The translations under genes and the position numbers were made by a program. A stretch of 58,367 nucleotides of DNA, the filler included, from Platydemus manokwari (taxonomy: Eukaryota): assembly GCA_037951405.1 (NCBI GenBank). It is 4 parts of 4 records of this genome, joined end to end, with 100 filler letters (N's around TTAATTAATTAA, not from the genome) between each part and the next. Parts side by side here need not be neighbours in the genome. Positions count along the whole stretch, not along the records: positions 1 to 23,474 come from JBBMOY010777757.1; positions 23,575 to 35,576 come from JBBMOY010354446.1; 2 more parts are not named here. One strand, 5' to 3'. Each line of letters starts with the position of its first letter. Position 1 is the first letter of the stretch. The notes beneath the pieces are model-generated. The model was not told where the DNA came from. It was given only the letters and a program-made list of their open reading frames with translations, and made no database searches. Positions 12,681-24,853 of the stretch are shown here, piece after piece.

Positions 12681-13532
12681 GAAGTCTTGAGTTCTGAAAA
12701 AGTAGTTGATTTCAATAATTGACTTACAATAATAATTAATTTATAAATAATGAATTACTAATTATAATATGATTACTCAATATCATAATTAGCACAATGA
12801 ATTAATCTAGCTCGATTAAATTTATTAAGTTTACAATAAATCATTAAACAACATTATTTAAATAAAAGTTTATTTAAATAAAAATTATTTAATAGTACGT
12901 CTCCAACAATAGCAACGAATGAATTATTAACATCCAAATCATCGCGTTAGATGGGGATGAAGTTCAAAATCTCTCAGTATAAATCACCTGAATTCTTAGG
13001 CTTCCCCGACCGTAGAGTAAGTCGTCTACAAATGATTTAATGCCAAAACGTAAATCACAAAATTCGATTCAAACATCCACATTATTTTCATGGCATGGTT
13101 AGAATTCAAATGTATGGCTAGGCCACATTCAGAAATGAATTTTTGAATAATATAGTTCCCCCATTACGATGTTGGCACAATTTATCAATGCATCTAATCG
13201 AGATTCAGACTTAGAGGCATTCAGTCTTAATCTCTCAGATGGTACTTTCGTCCAGCAACCTTTCGATCAAGTACATTTACCAGTGATCTGAATCTGTGAT
13301 TCCTCTCGTACTGAACAGAATTACTACTGCATTAGCAATTATATAGTAGGGTAATACTAACCTGTCTCAGGGCGATCTAAGCCCAGCTCACGTTCCCTAT
13401 AAGTGGGTAAAAATCCAAGTCTTTGCTAATTCTGCCGACATCAAAGGATAGAAAAGCAACGTCGCTATGAACTCTTGGTAGCCACAAGCCTGTGGAAAGA
13501 AGTGGAAGTCTTGAGTTCTGAAAAAGTAGTTG
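12681..13532 (+). repeat. 28-bp perfect direct repeat flanking the 28S fragment (12681-12708 and 13505-13532)
   Basis: GAAGTCTTGAGTTCTGAAAAAGTAGTTG at both sites; weaker similarity (16/22) continues downstream of each copy. Confidence 0.9.
12934..13495 (-). pseudogene. Decayed fragment of the 3' end of 28S (LSU) rRNA
   Basis: Plus strand matches the reverse complement of conserved LSU domain V-VI: gacttagaggcattcagtc, ttcctctcgtactg (sarcin-ricin loop, 13300-13313), agtagggtaatactaacctgtctca, cccagctcacgttcccta, cgtcgctatgaac, gccacaagcc. It has substitutions and deletions and no flanking rDNA. Confidence 0.93.
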
Positions 13533-14836
13533 GTTTTAACAACTGTCTTATAATCTCTAAAACAATTTAATACTAATAGAGATAATAGTTATAAATTGAT
13601 GTGATCGAATTTCATTGTATGTGTTGACATTATCTATGTTTTTGAAGTTCAAAAATAAAAAAAAATGATCGACATTGATTTATCAGAATTACATGAAAAA
13701 ATTGAAAACAAAATTCGAAAAAAATATTGATTAGGTACAATCAGATGTATTGATAATAATAAGTAATATATTATGAAATCATATTATCACCATTAAGATA
13801 ATAAATCAAATTGAAAATGAAGATTGTGCGAAAGCATATACAGTTATTGTTACATTTTTGTCGAATAAACATATATAAACATATATCACTGGAGACCTGA
13901 GTAATTGCGGAAAATTACTCCATTATATGGTTTGTGGAATGTAAAAGTGAACTTAAGGTTGTGGTTATCTTTTGGGCTTGATTTTCATTGTTTAATCTAT
14001 CATCTAAATTTATTTTGAAAATATACATTTTTAGTTTTACATTACTGTTTCGTAGTGGTGCTTACAATGTTCTATGCATAAAAGTTTATTTTATACCTAA
14101 TTATTTGTCACCTTTGATTCATATTTCATGTTTTGGAAGTCAAATGACTTCAGAATTTATACTACCAGCAATTCATGTTATTCAATACTGTATTTGATTA
14201 ACTATTAAAATTATTGTGCAGAAAATATCATTAATTAAAGTGACAGAGGTTCCTTACTTAATTGGTTGAAATGAAAGTAAATATTTACTAAAATTATCAT
14301 ATTTTAATACATGAAATATCAATCTTTACATTATTTTTACTGATATTTCCATCAACACCCGTTTAATCCGTTGTCAATAGCAACCGGTTATTTTGAAAAT
14401 AATGATATATAAGAATTTAATTCTCTGTGGAAAATATTTCGTTCTCTATCAAAGGAGAAATGCCAACTACCATTGCACGCAAATCAATATTAATATATTT
14501 TTTGCAAACCTCTTAAGAAAATGTGATCAGAAATATTTTTTATTCAAATAATATGAAAATAGTGCAGGTAACAAAGTTTTTTTTAAAAACAAACCTTAAA
14601 TTTAATTTTTAATTTTTTAAATTATGATTTTTAATATTTCGAATGAAATAATTTTTGTTCACTTTATTTCCATTGACTACGAAAGACAATGTAAAGAAAT
14701 ACTGTGAAGCGCGACACAGTTACTTTTTAAAGGAATTAAATTATTAATTAAAACTTAATAAATTTCCAGTCACCAATCTGATCGGTAATTACGTCTAAAA
14801 GCATTAATCTATTTTAGGGTGCATTTCACCTTTGTA

Positions 14837-14857
14837 AAATTGTATTTATTGATGTTT
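14837..14857 (+). promoter_or_regulatory. Conserved 21-bp upstream element of GPCR paralogue B
   Basis: Identical to 8110-8130, with the same 26-nt spacing to ATG 14884. Confidence 0.65.
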
Positions 14858-14883
14858 CTATGCAAATTGCTGCATTCTGTAGC

Positions 14884-15783
14884 ATGAATTTAACACATAT
14901 ATCTTTTAAAATATGTGATTATGAAATTAAACTGGTGGGATCAGTTTATCATTTTGTCATTTTTTACATTATTTATGTAACTGGACTGATATCGAACTCG
15001 CACTTGCTTTTTTGCTATAATCGACACACCATTCCTGTATTAGGTAAACGAGAAACATTCCAAACAATAATGACAATATTGACAATCACAGATTGGGTGG
15101 CTTGTGTTCTGATGATCATCAACGAAACGTTCTTATTGCTATATGATGAGATCAGCGTGTCAGTGAAAATTATTTTAATCGGTGTCATGAATATTTTACA
15201 TTTGTCAGAGTTTTTCATTTTCAATGTCCTGGCAGTGGACCGACTTCTGGCAGTGCTGAAACCCATATCAACAAACTGGAAACGATCATTAGTAAAAAAA
15301 CTTTTAGGTTTTGGTATTATTGGTTTTATTGTACCGATAGAAGTAATTATCCAATCAATTACGATAGCTAAAGTAACTCAATGTGGATTCGTGCAATTAT
15401 TTATGTCAATCGTTGGTTTATACAGTCAGATCGTTTTATTGATTTTTATTTTAAACAATTTTATGATATACATTGCCGTGATCGCAATCTTTATCTGGAA
15501 GATTTCTAAATCTTCAACCAACAACGATTCTGTTCGACGAATGAAAAACATTATGAAGGTTTCGGCAACATCTTTTGAGATAAGTACTTGGTTCAGTTTG
15601 ACGCTGGTATCTCAGTTTATAATTAGATTATATCACCCGGTAAATATTGATGCTTCTCTAAGCAGTTTAAGCAGCATGAATTTCTTAATAAATGGGCTGA
15701 TATTTACTATGAATAATCCATACTTGAGGAGAAAAATCTTTCACAGAAACGTAGTTAATAATTCTCAAACAACGACTCAATGA
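14884..15783 (+). CDS. Orphan rhodopsin-like (class A) GPCR, paralogue B, intronless, 299 aa
   Basis: Colinear with paralogue A (HFVIFYIIY, VLGKRETF, EFFIFNVLA.DRLLAVLKP, KNIMKVS, NGLI). Start moved from 14860 to 14884 because MNLTHI aligns with MNSTYI and keeps the motif spacing. Confidence 0.88.
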   Translation: MNLTHISFKICDYEIKLVGSVYHFVIFYIIYVTGLISNSHLLFCYNRHTIPVLGKRETFQTIMTILTITDWVACVLMIINETFLLLYDEISVSVKIILIGVMNILHLSEFFIFNVLAVDRLLAVLKPISTNWKRSLVKKLLGFGIIGFIVPIEVIIQSITIAKVTQCGFVQLFMSIVGLYSQIVLLIFILNNFMIYIAVIAIFIWKISKSSTNNDSVRRMKNIMKVSATSFEISTWFSLTLVSQFIIRLYHPVNIDASLSSLSSMNFLINGLIFTMNNPYLRRKIFHRNVVNNSQTTTQ

Positions 15784-16699
15784 TTTCTGATATTCTGTAA
15801 TTGCACTTAGTCCATTAGGGCTATCATCAAATGAATGACACTGATTCATTCGATTTCAAAAGCATAATGTTTCACTTGATAACAAACGTGAAGTGTTGAA
15901 ATTGTATTTTTTTTATAATTATCTGCATTTAAAGTACACCTAGTCAAGTCTTAATGAAAATTATGTTTATCACTCAGTACATTTATTTTACAATTATATT
16001 TCTTTTAATCCGATTTCACATTTAGCAAATGTGTATAAATCGTTATCAATCTCATTTTTAAAATTTCATTATCATTCTGTTGTGTTAAAAAAATATGAAA
16101 TTGGTTTGTTTTGAAACATTGCTTATGATGAATACATTCATTCAATGAAAGAAATTTATTTATTAGAATTACTTTGAAATGTTTTGAAAATTTCATGAAA
16201 GATACTCAAGTTATCCAAACTGAATTATTTCAGCAGTGTTTAAAATTAAATAAAACAGCTAGATAAAGTTTATCAAATAAATTTAGTTGATATATACGAT
16301 CTAACATTTAATTCTTAAAACTGCTCTAATAGAAATTTAATTATATATTTTCGAAATAACATTTATTACGATAAATATAACTTATTTAATTACTGGTATT
16401 CTTTTAGCGAATAATTTTCTCCGATTATTTTAATGAATTAACAAATTTACTGAAAATAAAAATTAATAAAAATTCCATTAAAATGTGAGATTCAGTTTAT
16501 AACATGAATGTTTAATTTTAGGATGATCACCAAATCAATTTATTTTTAAATTTAACTATCTTAAAATTAAGAGATTAATATTTTTAGAAGATTATGTTTT
16601 AAATTTAAAGTATTTATCTGTATTCTATGCTTTTCGAAAGATGTAATTGGTTTTGTACACATTTAATTTTAATGTAGACTAAAATTCAAGTATTCAAGA

Positions 16700-16830
16700 G
16701 TTCGGCTAAAGTTAAAAAGTGTCCAAATGAAATTTTAAATTTGTTGAGTGTATCTATAGTTTATTTAATTATATTCTTTAGAATAGAAACTTGGTTTTAT
16801 AGCTATGTTTTGTCACTATTAAACATTTTA
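16700..16830 (+). repeat. Dispersed repeat family, internally deleted copy
   Basis: gttgagtgtatctatagtttatttaattatattcttta followed closely by ttggttttatagctatgttttgtcac, the two ends of the longer copies. Confidence 0.7.
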
Positions 16831-17436
16831 AAAATTGAGACATTAACTGAATTATACGAATAAATCAAACATAGCAGTTATATAAAATTAAATTATAAAA
16901 TTATCTGGTGTGCGAAAATTCTTTATTACGAAAGTAGGTCAAAGGAGCATTTTTGTTAACTTTAACCAAGACTTCAATGTAGTAATATTTTTTTAAATTG
17001 ATAATTTAAAATGAGTGCCCAATTTAAAAAGATTTTATAAAAAATCAATAAATAATTATAAATCAAATATATTAATAATTTTTAATCCATAATGTATTTA
17101 TAAATATTTTTACATTTTTAATCAATATTTTAACGATTTACTGATTTCAAAATAATGACAATTTAAATAAATTTAAAAATTTATAAATGAAAAAATTAAA
17201 TTTTGGAGTTTTGATTTTTAAATTTTAGTTTTGAGTGAACGCAAATCAAAGAGATGCACAATATCTTAAAGGAAAAATATAGGCACTTCTGAGCATATCA
17301 AGTTATAATATAACGACATGGTCTTTGTGATCATGATGCAGAATTGCTGACAAATCTTTCATAAAATATTTTAAGAATTAGAAAAATCAATATACAAACA
17401 CATACACACATATATATGTATAATGATTTGAGATAC

Positions 17437-17437
<1 letters not shown>

Positions 17438-17482
<45 letters not shown>
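17438..17482. repeat. (TAA)n microsatellite
   Basis: 15 perfect units; source of the poly-Y ORF in the track. Confidence 0.95.
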
Positions 17483-17485
<3 letters not shown>

Positions 17486-18269
17486 TAATCTTTCACAATT
17501 ATTATTATTGAGTGCATATTTTCACTTAAACCCTTTCTTTTTAATTTGAATCTCTTCAATTGTTTATTTGCTTACCAAATCGATAATATATTCGATTTCC
17601 CAAGGAGCTATGCCATATTCTGCTTTCATTGAATTTTCTCTATTTGATTTAACAATTCTGGGGTAAATTATTATTCATTTATTGGTTCTAATTTTGAAGT
17701 TTTCTTCAAATTTGACGAATAGTCTTGGATGTAACTTGTAAATTTACAATCGAGAAGCATTTCTTACTCAAAATCATATCATTTTCGTTGTATTAGTTGA
17801 ATTGATTATTCGAGTTGTGGTTTTTTAGAAAGTTACCTTGAAGACATTCATTCCATATTCTTTGATAACAAGGAATTAGATAGCTTTTATATGTCACATG
17901 GTAAGTCTCTCTATCATTTCAAATCCAAACCATCCCCGTGTGCCTATTAAAATGTTTTGATCCTAGTTGTTTCTTATCATAATAAATAGAAGATCAAATA
18001 TTTATGGCTGACTAAAAATTAATAATTTTTATTTTCTTTAGATCACAAACTGATGTTTTAAGCGAAGAAAGATAGTGGAATATCAATCCTTGAGTACATT
18101 ACATATGCTTGGACAAATTGGATGAACTTCTACTATGTAAGAGAGTATTTCAGGAAGATTGACACTAAAATGAAGATGATATTAACTAGATAAATTACAC
18201 GAACAGGTAAGTCGCACATAGAAGACAACTAAATTAGCATTCATCAAGATCAGATGAATAAAAAAAATA

Positions 18270-18690
18270 ATCTATTTAAGACAATGATTGGTTAGCCGTG
18301 ATAACTAACGACTTATAACATACATTCTCTCTTGCGATTTAACCTATTATCACATTTCTCTTGGCTATTTCCAGTAATTGATTGCTCATCTATCGTCCCC
18401 AGAGTCAAGGTCTAACTGTGAATAGTCTTCATCCTTTGTTTTCGTTAATTTGTGGCAGTATGAATTTATTTTGCCAGTGTGGAACTGCCATTGAAGGTAC
18501 GATGCATTGACATTTGACTTTATGCATTTCATCGCTAGTTTGTGGATGATTTGCTGGCTAAGCCCCAATTTTCGTAAAATTCCATCATTTGACTTCACCC
18601 ATGTTCCGAGCACGCCTACGATCAAATTGTGAAGTTCGACCGTGAATTTTGGCTTATTCTTTTTGACCTCTTGAAAAAATAGCACAAAAA
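18270..18690 (-). mobile_element. 3' end of an RLE-type (R2/NeSL-like) non-LTR retrotransposon, 5'-truncated
   Basis: ORF 18386-18685 VELHNLIVGVLGTWVKSNDGILRKLGLS...LAMKC...SYLQW resembles the 'I.VG.LG.W...N..L..LG' C-terminus of restriction-like-endonuclease elements. A putative 3'UTR follows. Confidence 0.7.
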
Positions 18691-20265
18691 TTCAAATGAT
18701 ATTTAAAGTATCTGGAAAGTTTTCCCAAGGTAATCTTTCTGTATATTAACGTAAGAGGTCTAATATTGACAGTTTAATGTTTGTTTCTTCATATGACAAT
18801 AATTTTGATTGTCGCACAGATCATGAAAACAACAACAATTATCCAAATAAACACATTGGAACAAGTCTTAGATTTTTACTTGTGTCTTATATTTGCAAAA
18901 TGTACTTATAGAATTAAGCTTAAAACAATAATTAATCCTAATAATAAAGTTAATATAAAAGAGAAAAAAACCAACGATATATAATATAAATATTACCTGT
19001 CCAATACACGATAAATTACTAATAGAATTTGAAAATCATAGGTAAAAACTCCCCGGAAAAATTTAAATGAATAGCATTTAATCTTTAAACTTTATTAATG
19101 AATAATTGATAATTAAATTGTTATTTCAAGTAATTTGAAACCGTCACTTAAAATATCACAGGTTAGAAAATATTTTTGAAAAATTTATACTTGTATGAAG
19201 TAATAACATAACTCGATACTAGTTGTTTGTAGAATGAACAAGCGAAAATTCGCTTCCAGGAATCCAGTAATAAATCATCAATTAAATGTTTAAGATGAAA
19301 TAGATTTAACAAGAAGACGATTATTGTGCATCATATGCGATTACTGAGCACAATTACAAGTTGTGTTTCAATATTTTGACTGCGCACACATTTGAAAATA
19401 TATTCGTAACAATCATTATTTCAAATTAGTCAATATCATAGTGCACATTTAAAACTACGCATGTCCAAAATAAATAATACAGCACGGAAGCTTGTGTTCA
19501 ACTATAAAGTTTTATTCATCGATTTTTATGTAACTTTTGTACAGGAACACTTATAATAATCAATTATTTTCCATTTATCAATTTAATCTGATATTTTCTC
19601 TTACTATGGATTTCAGTATCAAGTTTTCAGCCTAGAATTTCGTTCACCGGAATACATTTGGCCCCGCTATTAACTTAGCATAATCAAACCCAATGACTAC
19701 GTATTCTGTAATTAGCACAACGAATAATAATTAGTCATTCTGACTGATGTATTTAATTAGCTTGATGACAAATATTCAAAAACCGTGATTTAGAAGTTTT
19801 TTTCACATTATTCCAAGTAATATACAGGCCAGAGATGGCATTATCATATCAAGTGTTAATGGAACAAAGAAAAATTTTTGAAAGCAACACATAATCATTT
19901 GGAAAATATTAATCATATATTATAGAAAGCCTTAAATTGAATTATAATACTCCGTAAATAGCAACAAAAAGATGAAAATTTTCCAATAATATAATTCTAA
20001 CTAAATATAAATACCATATAAATTCAAATATTTAGACGAATACTTTGCATTAAAAAAATAATTTGCCCAATAATGAATAAAAAATCAGTAATCAACGCAC
20101 ACACATACACAAACACGCACACACACAAGTAGTCAAAGCAATCAATCGATAGAAAAGTCTTGTTATAATTATTAGTACTATCAAAATTAACACTAGCAAA
20201 ACCGCTTGTTTTTTACCATAACTCAACTCAACTCGACGACAGGTGAAAAACAAATTGTAAAAATA

Positions 20266-21772
20266 TTAAAATATTTTCAAATCGGCCATTTTTTGCGTTA
20301 TCGTTTTCAAGTCCCACATGACGAGTTGACCATCGCGACCAATTGTGGATATCACACGTGCCGCTCCACCGTTTGATTTCATCATACGAATCTCACTGGA
20401 AAAAAAATATTGCAAGTGAACAAATAAAATCAATCAATATAATTTCCCAATAGATTTACTTGATAGCATTTTTGTGTTTGGAATTGAGTGTCGAATCATT
20501 TGTGGATTCCGTTGCTACGCGATCGATTTGTTGAAATCTCGCCTTGGCTGACATGGTGGCATTTGCATTCGATTCTTCTCTGCTGTCGAGACTCTTAAAA
20601 TCCAGTTTTCAAAAACAATCCAACTAAAACATTATCATTACTGTGCCTAATCTCAACTGATTCTTGTCCGTATAAATCGCATATGGAATGCAGTCATGTC
20701 CAGCACCGATTACGGTATTTTCAGCAGCCCAAATCAAAGTTAAAAATGGCAAATTATCCATGGCAATCATCGTCACTACTGGAGGTTGACTAGATCCAGT
20801 TACTGTAGCCAAGCAAATGGCACTCGAATGGGTGCACCAAATCAATTGATTACCATTACTTGAAAATGCTATGGAATGAATCCAACCAACTGGATTATTT
20901 GGTTTATATTAATCAACTATTCCCTTTACTTTATAATCACTTACGTCCACCCTGGCTTTCCCACAAAAGACTGTTAAAAGTCAATTTAGTACCCCAATTG
21001 CTCTCTTTGAAAGCAGTATCATTAGATTTAACATATGCACTGAAGACGCGAACATGAAAATCTGTGGAACCACAAGCTAAAACATTATTGTCCGGATGCC
21101 AATCGAGACAAGTAACTGTTGAATTGATTCCTTTTTTCAAATGTTTGCTGACCCAAAAGTCATTGTCAGATTCGAAAGAACATACAGAAATGACCTTAGC
21201 ACTGCTGCCAACAGCAAATTTGTTTTCAAATGGTGACCATCTTACAAAAGTTGCTGCACGATTTAACTATTCAAAATAATAAATATCATCAAAACCAATT
21301 TATGATAATTTAATATAAACCAAAAAATTAACTCTAAATATTGGCAAAAATAAAATTAAAAATTAAGACATTTTTACTTAGTAGAACTTGCAAAATATTT
21401 ATTTTTTACAAAATATTAAATTTAAAAAATAATTAGCAAAAAAATTAAGTCATGAAAACTAATTTTTTATCTTCTAACCTGTAGAATAACCAATGTAGGT
21501 TTCCAAGATTTATCAGATCGTGACCACACATAAGCATTCCTATCAGTAGAACAACTAACAATCCTATCTTGCTTATGACCCCAATCTATTGAACGTACTG
21601 TAGCTGTGTGTTGTTGCAGTCTATGTAAAAAAACAAATTTTCCTCGACCAACCTCTGGTACTTGAAAAATAAAAACATCATTTGAATTGACAGAAACTGC
21701 CATCTCAGTGCAATTTCCATTGAATGCATGACAAATAATTGATACTTGCCCAAATTTATGAATATAAGCCAT
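20266..21772 (-). CDS. ARPC1: Arp2/3 complex subunit 1 (p41, WD40); exons 21772-21479, 21266-20945, 20889-20642, 20593-20460, 20395-20266; 375 aa
   Basis: CHAFN, IDW...RIVSCSTDRNAYVW, WKPTLVIL, NRAATFVRWSP.ENKFAVGS, WVSKH, LDWHP.N.VLACGSTDF.VRVFSAY, SA..RF..D. All four introns (212, 55, 48, 64 nt) are GT-AG and phase-compatible. Confidence 0.96.
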
Positions 21773-23397
21773 AGAAAACTATAAATAAAGTTAAAGATCA
21801 ATAAACTGCTTATATTTAATTAATATTATTTCTAAAGAAGTATCAACTAAGAAATTAATTTATTACCTGATAAAATTTCCTTCAATCTATTTCCTTTAAA
21901 ATTTGAATAATTACAAAATTTGTGTTAATGATTTAAACATTTTCGATAAAATTTTGACGAATATGATTTAATTAATTAGTAATTATTTTAAAACTAATAA
22001 TTGAGTTCCAAAATTAGTCATAATAATTATAATTATAAAAAATGAAAACCGATTTTATTTCTAAAATAGTTTTTATGAAAATATTGATGGAATTTGATGT
22101 AACACTTGCGTGGGTTTGAAATGGATTCAGAGTGCCTTAAAAATGAAAATTAATTTTAAATGATTTAATCTCTTATTGATTTCAGCCATGTTACAAATTT
22201 TATTATTTTCATAGATAAAAATGATGAAAACCGATATATACACTTTTATTTACTTTCTAGTGGATGGTACTCAATTCTAAGTCATTGGTGTATGATGTGA
22301 TCTTATTTTCGTTTTATTCCATCGATTTGTTACTCAATTAGAGTCTGATCAATACTTTTTTGTCGAATTTCATTTTTAATGCAAATAAACTTTTTATTAT
22401 AAACAAGTGTTGCTATGGTCATTATTATGTTATCTATAACAGAAACTCATCAGACATTTAGAAACCATTAAAGTCATTTGTCATCCAGTTAATCAAACCG
22501 ATGAGTATGTATCAAAAACAGGTGAGATAACCATTGAGACATTAGAATAACCCTCAGAAGGTTCGATACAAACAAACTCGATAAGCACAGATACTTCCAA
22601 AATACTAACCTATAAATAGATTATCATCATCAATTGACCAACATCAGCAACAGACAACAAACACCAAGATAAGTGAATAAAAATGTAAAGATACAAGGTA
22701 GCAGGCAAACATACAGGATAAGTTGAACCTCGTAATCAACTGCCAGGCTTTCATGGTTGGTAATTTTATATTTGTTGTATTTTCGCTTAAGCTTATAGTT
22801 TTATAAATTATGAATATAAGACATTTTTGAGATCGAAAAATCAAAGCTTTGAAACTCAAAATGTTTAATCAATTATTGTAATGCAATCAAATCCGCCAAT
22901 TACAGATAAAAATTAATAAGAGATTTATGTACTATAAGAGATTGGCAACTGCCTTAAAGTGCCGACTTCTTTATAGACTATATGGTATATAATTGATGAC
23001 CTTGTGGAATATTTGGCTTGGCTTCGGTAATTAAATAATCGATCTTCAACAATCAACGTACTATACTAGTGGTTTCCAATAATGGGACAAGCGGCATATG
23101 ATGTTCACTGCCTTATATAGGATTACTATGTCAAAGGGAATAATAGGCTTGAATGGAAAAATGCGTGCTTCATTTCGGTCTATTACGTCGATGTTTCACA
23201 AATTGAATGAGGTTATTTCCTGTTGGCAGTTGCTATGCGGGTTTTATTGTTATTTTTAATATGAGTTTTTCATTCAATATCTTGGTTGCCGAGTGGAAAA
23301 TAGGTTATTTAACTTATTTTATTTATTTGACTTCAATATAAATCCAAAATTATCATTAAATGATAAATCATTATTTTTATTAATGCAACTTTAAACC

Positions 23398-23399
<2 letters not shown>

Positions 23400-23467
<68 letters not shown>

Positions 23468-23474
23468 ATTATTA
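23400..23474. repeat. (TTA)n microsatellite at a contig end
   Basis: A run of TTA units that abuts the N spacer. Confidence 0.9.
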
Positions 23475-23574
23475 NNNNNNNNNNNNNNNNNNNNNNNNNN
23501 NNNNNNNNNNNNNNNNNNTTAATTAATTAANNNNNNNNNNNNNNNNNNNNNNNNNNNNNNNNNNNNNNNNNNNN
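23475..23574. other. Artificial contig spacer
   Basis: 44 N + TTAATTAATTAA (stops in six frames) + 44 N = 100 bp. Confidence 0.97.
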
Positions 23575-24853
23575 CTAACAGCAATAAATCATATTCATTA
23601 ATGAATAATAATTCTCTAGCGAAAAATCCACGAGAAAAATAAGTGAACAATTTCGTGATCTTAATAAAGAGAATAAATAAGCGCGAAAAATAATACTTAT
23701 TCTAAATTTATTTATTTATAAAAATATTCACTTGTTAAAGAAAACATGAATGAAAAATAATTTCAGTTTGAAATTATAGAAAAATAATTATAATTTACTA
23801 AAATAATACATTACGAAAGATTCGTCAATTTGATAGTCAATTTAGTACCAAAACCACCAGGTTTTAAAAAATTCAGCCTTTGTTTCATGCTAATACGCGC
23901 CATAGGCCTAATTAATTTCCCCATACATTCACAATGTATTTCCATAAATGGTCGTTATATTTTCTATTCATCGCCATCTTGAAAATTGATTTTCCCCAAA
24001 TCCTACAAAGGGATTAAGAAATCACCACTTTCCGGTTATATCTGTCGACTATGTCACACTTTTAGCCAAAGTGCATTGCTATAGACAAAATACAATTAAA
24101 TAATACAAAAACAATTGTTCCGTTATAATATCATGTCATTGTCATCATATATAAAAGTTAATCATCACCATATTTATTTTAAAAGCTTTAGTGCCTTTTA
24201 CCCAAATCCACCTCCCAATGACAAACAAAATTATAAAAATTGTCATAATAATAAAAAATTAACTCTGATGGTTTTCATTTCATTTACATTTTTGAACAAA
24301 AAATTTTTAAAATAAGTACTTTTGGAAAATAAAATTGTATAGAATACAGTTAATCATAGTTAAAAACAAAAACTTATCAAATTAAAATTCTTGTTTTACC
24401 AGATAATGATTTTCTTTAATTTCAAATGCAATTTCTGGTGATATTCAACTCAAAATTTAAGTAAAACATTTTAAACAAATTTGATGAACCTGAAATCAAT
24501 AAAAACCTCAAAAATCAATAGTTTTCGTATGAAATAAAGTTATGGTTAATAATGTTTCTCCTTTACCAAGCAAAACTTTATTGATATTTTTTAAAAAATT
24601 TATACAGACCATTCAAAATCAATAGGATTTCCTCAATCTATTTATTAATATTTAACTAGCACTAAAACCAGTAGGATTTTTAATTTTGGGAAAGATTTAA
24701 AGATAAGATGGTAACAATAAAAATTAATGACAAATATTTAACATTCCATGATCAAGAAACAATAGCAAAATATTGAAAATAATCTCTAATTATGACTGTA
24801 ACCGAGAAGAATCAAAAAGGCAAAAAGGATAACAATAATAGCTCGAATAAAAA

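Noticed and set aside
23590-24045. E2F-, YY1- and ETS-like sites (gcgcgaaa, cgccatctt, tttccgg) near a contig start
   Set aside because: Short motifs with no associated gene visible.
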